From a virus: DNA of 64,000 nt. This document shows, piece after piece, positions 1 to 8,974 of the stretch (position 1 is its first letter; each line of letters opens with the position of its first letter). Position numbers and translations under genes: made by a program. The DNA is taken from IMG/VR virus record IMGVR_UViG_3300027747_003046, positions 14,418 through 78,417 of that record. One strand, written 5' to 3'. Under the pieces are notes generated by a model. The model was not told the DNA's origin, did not search any database, and worked only from the letters and a program-made list of their open reading frames with translations.

Positions 1-157
1 AACTACCATAGCCATATAGTGTATAGTTGGCGCCATAATACACGCTTGAAATACCGGCCAAATTTTTGGAATTTTTTTTAACAAGGTGCGTTAAGGGGGG
101 TGGCAGAAAAATTCCCGGCCAAAATTTTCCCCAATTGGCTTTTAAACAGGCAAAAGG

Positions 158-164
158 CTAATTA
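158..164 (+). promoter_or_regulatory. Putative late promoter motif CTAATTA
   Basis: Instance of recurrent aCTA(T/A/G)TTA motif upstream of genes. Confidence 0.45.
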
Positions 165-182
165 TAACATTAAAACATTAAT

Positions 183-1571
183 ATGAAAATAAAATTAAAA
201 AAGAACCGCATAAAAGAAACACTAAACCGTTTGGCTGAAATAAGCGCAAAATCAGTTGGCTTAGATCCCAAACGTGACACAACGTTAAGTGATGATGACC
301 TATTGTCCATGATAAGCGATAAGGATATCAATGCCAATCCAGGTTACGGTTTTATGTTGCGTAATGGTTATATCCCGGTTGGTAGAGATACAGTAGATGA
401 AGAAGGTGATAGAGTATTTTCAGCTAAATTAGGTGAAGGCGCATTTGGTGTTGTATACGAAGCAACAAAAGCCGGAACAGATAAGCGTTATGCGGTTAAA
501 ATCACCGGAGATACGAATGAGGTGCGAATCCGCAAGATGTTAGAGGATGCTCGCGAAAAGCTGCCAGAATCGATTATGGCTCATTTCGTGAGGGTTGATG
601 ATATCATTGAGGTTGAGAGCACACCGGTAAGCACCTATGGAACAAAAAAGAAGTTCCTTATTGCCATGCAATTGGTAAGACCAATGAATAAATTTGAAAG
701 CACAGCACTATTCAAGGGTGTTAGCGAACTTACAAGAATGACAGCAGATTTTAATTCAAAATATATTATTAAAGATCCAAAGATATTCAAAGAATTGTTT
801 AATAATCGTATTATGAAGTTTTCATTTGCTGATGATTTAATTTTTAATTTTTCTTCCATAAGAGCATCGAAAGGTTCAAAACCAACAGATAGAGAAAAAG
901 AATCATTTGCTGAAAAGGCACATCAACTTGATCAAAAATTAAGTGATGACCTTATGAAAGGCTTGGATGATTCCCTGTTGGGTTTCTGGAAAGAAACAAT
1001 GACAAGATTATTGGCTAGCCAAAATACGGATGATCTTTCAAGTTATGGTTCGCTTTATGGCTATGCTGCCGTTGAAGTTGTTGTGGAACTTTGTAAAGAA
1101 ATTGCCAAGAAGGATGGCAAGCGTTACGAACTCTTGTTAAAAGAAATGGGTCTTGGTGAGGCTTTGGAACGTGATGGTCCGTTAGAAGATTATTTATTTG
1201 ATAGAATAGTAAATCTTTCTTCACAATTTGAACACGGTATGAGAAACGAATGGAAAGATTTTATTAAAAACCGTTACGGTAAAGAACAAGGCGAATTCAA
1301 AATGAAATATGCCTATGGTGATTTTGTAAATACACTTAAAGCCGGCGAAGACAAAGGGAAAATTAGGGAAAAATTTAACGAAATTGCCGAAAAAATGCCC
1401 GAAAAAGTGAAAAATTTTATGGGTGCTTTGATGACGCTTGCCCTCGACGAAGGGATTTTGTGGCGCGATTTGCACGAAGGTAATGTTATGATTGACCCGC
1501 AAACGCGTGAATATGTTGCGGTTGATGTTGGATTGTTTTCAACAGATAGTGTATTAAAACAGCGTTTTTGA
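183..1571 (+). CDS. Atypical Ser/Thr protein kinase-like protein with large internal insertion
   Basis: Gly-loop LGEGAFGVVY (aa ~83), AVKI lysine (aa 106), catalytic loop RDLHEGN (aa ~428) and DVG (aa 448); preceded by CTAATTA motif at 158-164. Confidence 0.8.
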   Translation: MKIKLKKNRIKETLNRLAEISAKSVGLDPKRDTTLSDDDLLSMISDKDINANPGYGFMLRNGYIPVGRDTVDEEGDRVFSAKLGEGAFGVVYEATKAGTDKRYAVKITGDTNEVRIRKMLEDAREKLPESIMAHFVRVDDIIEVESTPVSTYGTKKKFLIAMQLVRPMNKFESTALFKGVSELTRMTADFNSKYIIKDPKIFKELFNNRIMKFSFADDLIFNFSSIRASKGSKPTDREKESFAEKAHQLDQKLSDDLMKGLDDSLLGFWKETMTRLLASQNTDDLSSYGSLYGYAAVEVVVELCKEIAKKDGKRYELLLKEMGLGEALERDGPLEDYLFDRIVNLSSQFEHGMRNEWKDFIKNRYGKEQGEFKMKYAYGDFVNTLKAGEDKGKIREKFNEIAEKMPEKVKNFMGALMTLALDEGILWRDLHEGNVMIDPQTREYVAVDVGLFSTDSVLKQRF

Positions 1572-1580
1572 TAACGAAAT

Positions 1581-1588
1581 ACTATTTA
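1581..1588 (+). promoter_or_regulatory. Putative late promoter motif ACTATTTA
   Basis: Intergenic copy of recurrent motif upstream of 1657 CDS. Confidence 0.55.
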
Positions 1589-1656
1589 TTTTTTATTATG
1601 GCCTAAATTTGCAAATTTATGTTGGGCCTGTTAACGTTAACAATGGAGATTAAGAA

Positions 1657-2394
1657 ATGAAAGTTAGTAAAGAACAATTAAAGGCACTAATCAAGGAAGA
1701 ACTTGATGCCGTTATGAAAGAAGAAGAAAGTGATTTGGAAGAAGCTAAAAAAATAAAAGATACATATGGCAGAGAAGTAACTAAAGCCTTTAAAGACGAT
1801 CTTGCCGCCCAAGATAAAAAGAATGCTCTTGCTTCAATTAAGAAGCAAACATTAAAAGGTAGAATAGAAGAAACTGAAGAATTGGAAGAAGCTGGTAAAA
1901 AGGGTCCAAGTATACCACAACTTGCCAATGTATCAAATCCAAGGAATAGACTCAAAGATATTCACTGGTCAAGTGAGGATGAAAATGTTCCCGGAGAAAA
2001 AGATGATTTCTTCGATGAATATTCAACATTAGCTCCAACAACTACAGCTACAGAAGAAATTCATGGTATGTTAAAAGTACTCAAGATTGATCCAGAAAGT
2101 CCAGAAGGTCAAGAGCTTACTGATAAAATAAAAGCAGCTGCTGCAGTAAGTGGTGAAAGATCTGATTCAAGATTGAAGAGCTGGAAACACGGTAATAATC
2201 GTGGAGATCCTTTGGCTTCAAGACAACCAATTGGTATGACAAAATCTGGTACACTTAAGAAAGCAGATATAAGATCTAGAAAAAATGATATTAAACGCAA
2301 TTTGGGTTTGGATGAAAGCGAATTAGAAGAAGACAAGCAAATGGAACAAATTGCTGAATCATTCCGCAGATTTACAAAAATTTTGAAGGACTGA
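1657..2394 (+). CDS. Acidic/basic hypothetical protein, likely internal head protein
   Basis: GGAG SD; N-terminal MKVSKEQLKALIKEEL leader; repeated DLEEA/ELEEA/ELEED linkers. Confidence 0.7.
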   Translation: MKVSKEQLKALIKEELDAVMKEEESDLEEAKKIKDTYGREVTKAFKDDLAAQDKKNALASIKKQTLKGRIEETEELEEAGKKGPSIPQLANVSNPRNRLKDIHWSSEDENVPGEKDDFFDEYSTLAPTTTATEEIHGMLKVLKIDPESPEGQELTDKIKAAAAVSGERSDSRLKSWKHGNNRGDPLASRQPIGMTKSGTLKKADIRSRKNDIKRNLGLDESELEEDKQMEQIAESFRRFTKILKD

Positions 2395-2416
2395 TTACAA
2401 TTTAATTCGTTGATTT

Positions 2417-2446
2417 AAGGCACCCGAAAGGGTGCTTTACTTCTTT
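2417..2446 (+). terminator. Rho-independent terminator
   Basis: GCACCC-GAAA-GGGTGC hairpin followed by T-rich tract. Confidence 0.8.
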
Positions 2447-2488
2447 TGTGGGTCGTGGTAAGCTAACGAACCTTTCGCGGAGCCTTCT

Positions 2489-2722
2489 GTGACAAAAATT
2501 TATGATGAGATTGATATTGACTTCCCTGCTATGGGAAGTGGTGAAGAAATTTACAAATTTTTAATTGAGAAAAGTTCAACTGGTAAACAACTTATCGAAG
2601 CAATTAAAAATAAAAATATGAAAGAAATGTGCTTTCTTTCTGCTCGCCTTGGAAAAATTGGCTATTCAGATTCGGAATTAGAAAAATTTTTTCAACACGT
2701 ATTCCACACAAAAGGAATCTAG
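2489..2722 (+). CDS. Hypothetical protein
   Basis: GTG start with GGAG SD; TTTACT-N17-TAAGCT promoter-like sequence at 2436-2464. Confidence 0.6.
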   Translation: MTKIYDEIDIDFPAMGSGEEIYKFLIEKSSTGKQLIEAIKNKNMKEMCFLSARLGKIGYSDSELEKFFQHVFHTKGI

Positions 2723-2738
2723 GGTAAGAGATCAGCCC

Positions 2739-2767
2739 TTGACAAACTTAACGCCTCGTGTTAAGAT
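2739..2767 (+). promoter_or_regulatory. Sigma70-type (early) promoter
   Basis: TTGACA-17 nt-TAAGAT with extended -10 TG. Confidence 0.8.
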
Positions 2768-2814
2768 GACTCACCAAGCCGCTGCGCGGCTCTTTTCAGA
2801 AAAGGATTTAAATT

Positions 2815-3045
2815 ATGCGTTCACTACTAGTACTAACCGTTCTACTTGCTCTTTCAGCTTGCTCAAAGAAGGAAGAAGCTGCTGCTACTTCAACTGTTGA
2901 AACAGCTCCAGCTGTTGCTTCACAGTCAGCCGAAGTTACAGCCGGAACTCCAACTGTAACAGAAACTTCAGCTGTTACCGTTGCTCCAACTGCTGCCACA
3001 CCAGCAACAGCTACCGAAACACCTGCTCCAGCCGTTTCAAAATGA
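2815..3045 (+). CDS. Small Ala/Thr/Pro-rich lipoprotein
   Basis: Signal peptide with LSAC lipobox; low-complexity mature region; AAGGA SD. Confidence 0.75.
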   Translation: MRSLLVLTVLLALSACSKKEEAAATSTVETAPAVASQSAEVTAGTPTVTETSAVTVAPTAATPATATETPAPAVSK

Positions 3046-3141
3046 TTGATACTATTTAAACTATGCGAGGCATTCGAGCCTTGTAACAAAGTAGTTTAAA
3101 TATATTAAAACATAAACGTATTTGAGCAAAACTAAATATAG

Positions 3142-3171
3142 GAAGCCACCGAGAGGTGGCTTTCTTCTTTT
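3142..3171 (+). terminator. Rho-independent terminator
   Basis: GAAGCCACC-GAGA-GGTGGCTTT hairpin plus T tract. Confidence 0.8.
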
Positions 3172-3180
3172 CTGCCGTCG

Positions 3181-3209
3181 TTGACAAACTTTTTTGCTTG
3201 TGCTAGACT
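3181..3209 (+). promoter_or_regulatory. Sigma70-type (early) promoter
   Basis: TTGACA-17 nt-TAGACT with TG extension, upstream of uvsE. Confidence 0.8.
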
Positions 3210-3221
3210 AACCACAGGAGC

Positions 3222-4166
3222 GTGCATATGCTAGGCTTATGTTGCCAATTCCTTCAACCTTTTAAGAAAAGGAATGGCCTTGTAGAAAATAAAAATATTA
3301 TTACGGAAAAGAGTCTGCAACTTGGTGCTTACAAGAGCAACAAGTATACAGTCAATCGTATTTCTGCAACATACCACAACAATGTTGATGAACACTTAAA
3401 AATTGTTCCAAAGCTTGTTGAAAATAAAATTAAGTCATTCCGACTTTCAAGCAGTTTGTTTCCACTTTACGAATTCACCAAGGAAACAATTTGGAATGAC
3501 GATATTCTACGTCGTAAACTAAAAAAACTTGGCGACGAATTTAAGAAGGCCGGTATTCGTGTAACAACACATCCGGGTCAATTCACTATTATCAATAGTG
3601 ATGCAAGTCACGTAATCACCAATTCAATTGCTGAATTGGAATATCATGCTTGGATTTTTGATCAGATGGGTCTTGATCAAACGCCATTCAATGCCATCAA
3701 CATTCACGGTGGCAAGCGTGGTAATTCTAAACAGTTGGTTGAGTCAATTGGTAAATTGCCAGATAATGTTCGCAACCGTCTTACACTCGAAAACGATGAA
3801 CGTTGTTTTTCTGTTAAGCAGTTGATGCATATCAATAAAGAAACTGGTATTCCAATTGTTTTTGATTCTCATCATCACCAGTTCAATCAGGATGGCTTCA
3901 ATACAGAAGATGCCTCCACTCACTCGATTCTAACTTGGAAACGCAATGGCGAGTATTTTAAGCCGTTACAGCACCTATCCAATACAGAGCCGGGAATGGA
4001 GAATGGTTCATTTCCAGACCGAAGGAAACATAGCCAATATATTCACTATGTTCCAGACTGTCAATTAGAACTAGCAAAACAAAATCTAATTGATCTAGAT
4101 GTTGAAGCCAAGATGAAAAACTTGGCTATTATGAAAATGCGTAAAGACTTCAATATTGAACTATGA
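3222..4166 (+). CDS. uvsE: UV damage endonuclease UvsE/UvdE
   Basis: FRLSSSLFP, HPGQF, NIHGG, LTLENDE, VFDSHHH and DVEAKMK motifs of the UvdE family. Confidence 0.92.
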   Translation: MHMLGLCCQFLQPFKKRNGLVENKNIITEKSLQLGAYKSNKYTVNRISATYHNNVDEHLKIVPKLVENKIKSFRLSSSLFPLYEFTKETIWNDDILRRKLKKLGDEFKKAGIRVTTHPGQFTIINSDASHVITNSIAELEYHAWIFDQMGLDQTPFNAINIHGGKRGNSKQLVESIGKLPDNVRNRLTLENDERCFSVKQLMHINKETGIPIVFDSHHHQFNQDGFNTEDASTHSILTWKRNGEYFKPLQHLSNTEPGMENGSFPDRRKHSQYIHYVPDCQLELAKQNLIDLDVEAKMKNLAIMKMRKDFNIEL

Positions 4167-4441
4167 TTAGACAATTCAAAGAATTAATTATTAGATATAA
4201 AAATGCTTATATCAAAAATAAAATTGATTCTCTGAATTATTCTACCTCGTTAGTTACCAGTTGTGCCATTCCGGTCCTTCGAATGAAAAGGAAGATTTGG
4301 ATGGTTGAATCAATTTGTTTTGATACGTTCCATATTGAACATAATTGGTTTGAAGATGAGACACATTTGGCAGAATATTTAATAATTTTAAAAAGTTTAA
4401 ATTGTTTGTATGATATTAAAGAATATGATATTGAACTGTGA
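4163..4441 (+). CDS. Hypothetical protein (AT-rich)
   Basis: ATGA overlap with uvsE stop; ORF only. Confidence 0.5.
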   Translation: MIRQFKELIIRYKNAYIKNKIDSLNYSTSLVTSCAIPVLRMKRKIWMVESICFDTFHIEHNWFEDETHLAEYLIILKSLNCLYDIKEYDIEL

Positions 4442-4560
4442 TAATTAAATTATGTGACAACTGTTCAGATTGTTACATTATATCTTCTTTTTATATTCTT
4501 TGGAATATATAATTTAACTCTTATTGTATTTTTATTTTTTATAATCTCGGATTTTGAAAT

Positions 4561-5142
4561 ATGGCAAACTTTAAAGAAGGCGATTGGGTTCAAATAACAG
4601 GAACTCCTGATCTCAAATGGAGCAGATGGTCAAACAATCCAGCTTATTATAACAATTTTTTAAATAAAATTGGACAAATCAAAGAAATTGAAGAGGATTA
4701 TGACGATCCATTACAATTTCAATACAGAGTTGGTGTCGAATTTGAATATGAAATTAACGATGGATATTCAAAACTATCTCCTGGCAAATATTATGAGTGG
4801 TTCAAAGGCGATCACTTAATAAAATCTTCAAAATATGAAGCAGATCGCAAAATGGCACAAGCAAAAGCTGCCAACGATTTACAAGAATGGGAAAAGTTTA
4901 AGAAAAAATCCACAGACGATGCCCTAAGAAAGGTTTTTTGTCCTGAACCTAAGACCGAAGAGGGCAAAGAAGGTACAACAAAAGAAGAGCCATACGATCC
5001 TTGTGAACCATATGACCCTTGGCACGTAAAAACTAATCCAGGAGATATACCAGATTACAATTCGATGCAAAAAGACGATGAGTATGATGTGAATATGTTA
5101 GATTTTTTAAATCCAAATGATCCATATTTTAATCCGGATTGA
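4561..5142 (+). CDS. Hypothetical protein
   Basis: 193-aa ORF; N-terminal FKEGDWV suggests an SH3/KOW-like start. Confidence 0.65.
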   Translation: MANFKEGDWVQITGTPDLKWSRWSNNPAYYNNFLNKIGQIKEIEEDYDDPLQFQYRVGVEFEYEINDGYSKLSPGKYYEWFKGDHLIKSSKYEADRKMAQAKAANDLQEWEKFKKKSTDDALRKVFCPEPKTEEGKEGTTKEEPYDPCEPYDPWHVKTNPGDIPDYNSMQKDDEYDVNMLDFLNPNDPYFNPD

Positions 5143-5405
5143 TTTTTTACCACATATTTATTTATGTGGAGATTATTGAGCATTTATTAGTCGGTGATTT
5201 AGTATATTATAAAGGACCACCAATCTTAAATCCACAAGATTGGTTAAGAATTGCTAGTCATAACAACGGATTAATAAATCTCGATGATTTGGCAATTGTT
5301 TTAGAATGTGATAATTTCTTAAAAATCGCAAATGTCTATTTTCAAGAGAGTGATATAGAAATTCCACGAATTTCTTATAAATATCTAATTAAAGTCTCTT
5401 ATTAA
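5139..5405 (+). CDS. Hypothetical protein (start possibly GTG 5166)
   Basis: ORF; LVGDLVYY motif. Confidence 0.5.
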   Translation: MIFYHIFIYVEIIEHLLVGDLVYYKGPPILNPQDWLRIASHNNGLINLDDLAIVLECDNFLKIANVYFQESDIEIPRISYKYLIKVSY

Positions 5406-5407
5406 AG

Positions 5408-5438
5408 AACTCCGCCTATTTATAAGGTGGGGTTTTTT
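5408..5438 (+). terminator. Terminator hairpin overlapping a putative late promoter (CTATTTA 5416-5422)
   Basis: AACTCCGCCT-ATTTATA-AGGTGGGGTT followed by TTTT. Confidence 0.6.
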
Positions 5439-5442
5439 ATTT

Positions 5443-6156
5443 ATGACTATGAAACTTTTGCTTGAAAATTGGAAAAAATTTATGAAAGAGAACGATGAAC
5501 CAAATCCTGCCAATTTGGATCAACAGTATGATTCTGCTCACGTCGTGATCAAGAACAAAATAGGACAAGTTTTGCTCCTGAAACGTTCCGAGGTGGATGA
5601 ATGGATGCCGGGTAAATGGAGTCTTCCCGGTGGTGGCAAAAGAGAAGAAGAAGATCTCATTCAAGCTGCTGTTCGCGAGGTCAAAGAAGAAACTGGCCTA
5701 GAAGTTATGCCAGAAGATCTTCATTTTCTAGAAGATATCAGTAAAAAACAAAACCACGCATTCTTTATTGCTACAAAAGCAATCGGCTCTGTTAGATTAG
5801 ACAGTGAAAACAGTGAATATATCTGGGCAGATACAAGTAAATTGATTCCAAAAGACTGTGTTCCAGATTTAATACAAGTTTTAGGCTCAGTTTCATCTTT
5901 GGAAGAGAAAAGGGTTCCAAAAGGCTTTGAAAAAACACCTTTTACAAATAAATTGAAGGGTGGACAAGCAGATAAAGCAAAACCAAGTCAATTTGAACCA
6001 AAAGAATTAAGAAAAGGCATAAAACATGAATTAGAACATTCATCTGATATGGATCAGGCAAAAGAAACCGCTGCTGACCATTTAGTTCAATATAAACACT
6101 ACTATGATGAACTAGAAAAAATGGAAAAGAAGCTAGAAAAAGACGAAGATGAATAA
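5443..6156 (+). CDS. Nudix hydrolase fused to C-terminal DUF5661-like domain
   Basis: Nudix box GG-x5-E...AVREVKEETGL; C-terminal GIKHELEH...ADHL...YYDEL; leader MKLLLENWKKFMKE. Confidence 0.85.
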   Translation: MTMKLLLENWKKFMKENDEPNPANLDQQYDSAHVVIKNKIGQVLLLKRSEVDEWMPGKWSLPGGGKREEEDLIQAAVREVKEETGLEVMPEDLHFLEDISKKQNHAFFIATKAIGSVRLDSENSEYIWADTSKLIPKDCVPDLIQVLGSVSSLEEKRVPKGFEKTPFTNKLKGGQADKAKPSQFEPKELRKGIKHELEHSSDMDQAKETAADHLVQYKHYYDELEKMEKKLEKDEDE

Positions 6157-6185
6157 AAAACGGCACCAATTAAGGTGCCGTTCTT
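6155..6185. terminator. Bidirectional terminator between convergent genes
   Basis: AACGGCACC-AATTAA-GGTGCCGTT with A tract on the left and T-rich tract on the right. Confidence 0.75.
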
Positions 6186-6205
6186 ATTTAGACTAGTTAA
6201 ACAGT

Positions 6206-7183
6206 TCAGGATTGAAGTAATACTTCGTTCCAGCTACCAGTTCCATTTACAGCATGGAAACCAACAGCTTCTGTGACTATTATTTGCTTATTCAAATTTG
6301 CGCCGGCAGCTCCCGGAGAAGTTGCAACTGATATTGAATAAATTTTTTCATTAGGTGTAGCTGAAGATGTTATTGTTACTAATGGATTTGTCATTAATCC
6401 CATCTTCATTCTTGGTAATGTTGGATAAACGCCTGGATCGTTACCGAAATACATTAGGTATTTTGTATTTGCAGAAACTGAACCCGTATAAATTGAGTAA
6501 CTTATACGACTATCAAACCAGAATGTGCCTGCTGCCATTTCAGCTGGTGTGGTGGCTCTTGTGCGCATTGTATAAACTGTCAAGAATGGACGCCAACTTG
6601 ATGAAACAGCGGTATTGGCATTCATAGTTACAACAGCATATGCACCATCTAATTGTGAAACGGAAGCACTGTTTGTTTGAGAAGCATCATAGAAGTAATA
6701 ACCCATCGATGAACTGACACCAGTTGCCGATGCGTTTTTATACATCCAGCCACTACTTCCGGTTGGGAAGGCGCCAACACCGGTTGGTGGTTTTAAGCCC
6801 GGTTCGGCGTTTGAGTATACAGCAGGAGCGAGGGCTGAATTATAGGCCATGGGAATATAATTTGTTGCTGAACCACTTACTACTACTGTTTTTATACTGC
6901 CGCCAGCAGCACTAATTGTTACTGTGCCAGTTTTTAAAGCTGAAGCTGTTGGTCTAAAATTTGCTGTAACAACTTGGCTACCGCCACCTGTCAAACTAAA
7001 TGTTGCTGGTGAGAAATCAAATTGATCTGAATTATCAGTTAATGTGATTGTTTCTGTTGCTTCACCAGTTGAATTGACTGTAAAAGTCAATGAACTGCTT
7101 GAATTAACAGCGATATTGCTGAATGATAATGATGACACACTTGTTGATAATACAACTGGTGTCTTTTCTACGTAGAAAAACAT
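6206..7183 (-). CDS. Ser/Thr-rich protein with N-terminal Ig-like (ASH/choice-of-anchor-D-like) domain; possible virion decoration
   Basis: SLSFSNIAVNSSSSLTFTV...VTANFRPT...KTGTVTI pattern; AGGAG SD; ACTAATTA motif on minus strand at ~7244-7251. Confidence 0.65.
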   Translation of the reverse strand: MFFYVEKTPVVLSTSVSSLSFSNIAVNSSSSLTFTVNSTGEATETITLTDNSDQFDFSPATFSLTGGGSQVVTANFRPTASALKTGTVTISAAGGSIKTVVVSGSATNYIPMAYNSALAPAVYSNAEPGLKPPTGVGAFPTGSSGWMYKNASATGVSSSMGYYFYDASQTNSASVSQLDGAYAVVTMNANTAVSSSWRPFLTVYTMRTRATTPAEMAAGTFWFDSRISYSIYTGSVSANTKYLMYFGNDPGVYPTLPRMKMGLMTNPLVTITSSATPNEKIYSISVATSPGAAGANLNKQIIVTEAVGFHAVNGTGSWNEVLLQS

Positions 7184-7318
7184 TTTTTAAATCTCCTAAA
7201 TAAGTTAATTGGTAATTGCCACGACGACAACCACCAAATACTATAATTAGTTTGTAAACTTTTTAAGTTTTTAATTAGCTTGCAGTATATTTATTTGTTA
7301 TACAGTGCAGGTAAAAAT

Positions 7319-7747
7319 ATGAAAATCATTATTAAAAAAAGTAAAAATGAAGCAATTCTTCCAAAAGGTTCCGAAGGTGTTCAAACAATTCACTTTGAAG
7401 AAAGTGATTGTGGCATGTATGAAGGCATGTGTGATGAAGGTGAATCGCACCAAATCGAATTATATTATGAAGATTATGATTGTGGATGCCAACAACCACT
7501 AGAAGAAGCTGAATATCAAGGACGTTCAGTTCCATTAAATAAGCCAATGAAGGGCGATGTTAAAAAATTTAAAGTTTATGTTCGCGATCCAAGTACCGGA
7601 AACGTAAAAAAGGTTAACTTTGGTGATCCGAATATGAGAATTAAGAAGAGTAATCCAGCAAGAAGAAAATCTTTTAGAGCTCGTCATCACTGTTCAAGTC
7701 CCGGTCCAAAAACAAAAGCCAGGTACTGGAGTTGCCGTAAGTGGTGA
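7319..7747 (+). CDS. Conserved phage protein (VNFG...RRKSFRARHxC...YWSC domain) with acidic N-terminal propeptide
   Basis: Basic C-terminal domain begins right after PLEEA; ATG 7319 preferred. Confidence 0.7.
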   Translation: MKIIIKKSKNEAILPKGSEGVQTIHFEESDCGMYEGMCDEGESHQIELYYEDYDCGCQQPLEEAEYQGRSVPLNKPMKGDVKKFKVYVRDPSTGNVKKVNFGDPNMRIKKSNPARRKSFRARHHCSSPGPKTKARYWSCRKW

Positions 7748-7760
7748 AAGGGACGATACA

Positions 7761-8051
7761 ATGATTAAAATTAAAATACTTGATAATATAGATGCGAAAC
7801 AAAGCAGCAAAGAAAACAAAAGCGCCGCTGATAAAAACGACAAAGAAACATTAGAACGAATCGCAGATGAGCACGTAGGCTATATGGAAATTAGCGAAAA
7901 AGCAAATGGTTTTTGTTGTAGAGACTGTAAAGGTCTAAACTCAAAAGGTTTTTGTGAAAATCCAGATGTTCAAGCTTATGTTTCAGCTGATTACGGATGT
8001 TGTAATTATTTTAATCCAAAAGAAGCTTTGATTGTTTTTCCAAAAAAATAA
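7761..8051 (+). CDS. Cys-rich small protein (HiPIP-like Cys spacing)
   Basis: CxxC...C...GCCNYF. Confidence 0.55.
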   Translation: MIKIKILDNIDAKQSSKENKSAADKNDKETLERIADEHVGYMEISEKANGFCCRDCKGLNSKGFCENPDVQAYVSADYGCCNYFNPKEALIVFPKK

Positions 8052-8077
8052 TTTTTTAATTTAAATTGGTAAATAAA

Positions 8078-8974
8078 ATGAACGATATTAAATGGCAACA
8101 ATTCTTAACAGAGGCTGTTAAAGTTAAAGGCAAAAGTTATATTGGCAAAAAACCAGAAGAGGTTCTGGATATGCTCGATAATCTTGGTGACAAGATTTGG
8201 ATTTTCTTTGATACCGAAACAACTGGTCTTAAAGCAAAAGATGAACAATTGTTAGAAATTGCTGCCATTGCTGTTGATCCTGCCAAATGGTTGGAAGACG
8301 CAGAAGTGATGGATACATTTCACGTCAAAATCAAATTAACCGACGATTTAAAAGCCCGTTTAAGCGACTTGGATTCGGATCAGCGTAAGGAATGGGAGAA
8401 GCGTAATACGAAGTCCAGCAAGCCTTTAAAGCAGCCACAGGATGTATTGGCTATGACCAAGTACGGTGAGAAAGGAATGAAGACAATTGACCAAAATGAA
8501 GCATTGGAACAATTCCACGAATTCGTATCTGGTTTCAAGGATGCTGTTCTTGTAGCACAAAATGCTACCTTCGATATGGGTTTTATTAACACACTAAGTC
8601 CAAAGCCGCTACCAAAATTCAAAGTTGTCGATACATTACAGCTTTTAGATCATCAAGTTGTGCCTGTTTTACGGACCTTGGCTACCGGCGATTTCGAGCC
8701 AGCAGATCCCAAAGTACAAAAGCGTGCAAATGAGATACTCAATGTTTTGAAGGGTTCTTCTTCTCTCGGTAAGGTAACCGTGGCTTACGGAATCAGTGCG
8801 GATAATTGGCATAGTGCTTTAGCTGATACAAAGATGCTTATGAAAGTGTATAAAAAAATAGTAGATACACTTAAATATGTTGAAAACTTACAAAACATCA
8901 ATGTTAGACCTGCGCAACAAAAGGCAGTTAAAAAAGCCATTGATAGAGAAAAGTGGTTCGCAAGAAATAGATAA
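8078..8974 (+). CDS. DEDDh 3'-5' exonuclease (DnaQ/RNase T-like)
   Basis: FFDTETTG (ExoI), AQNATFD (ExoII), WHSALAD (ExoIII); leader WQQFLTEA. Confidence 0.88.
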   Translation: MNDIKWQQFLTEAVKVKGKSYIGKKPEEVLDMLDNLGDKIWIFFDTETTGLKAKDEQLLEIAAIAVDPAKWLEDAEVMDTFHVKIKLTDDLKARLSDLDSDQRKEWEKRNTKSSKPLKQPQDVLAMTKYGEKGMKTIDQNEALEQFHEFVSGFKDAVLVAQNATFDMGFINTLSPKPLPKFKVVDTLQLLDHQVVPVLRTLATGDFEPADPKVQKRANEILNVLKGSSSLGKVTVAYGISADNWHSALADTKMLMKVYKKIVDTLKYVENLQNINVRPAQQKAVKKAIDREKWFARNR

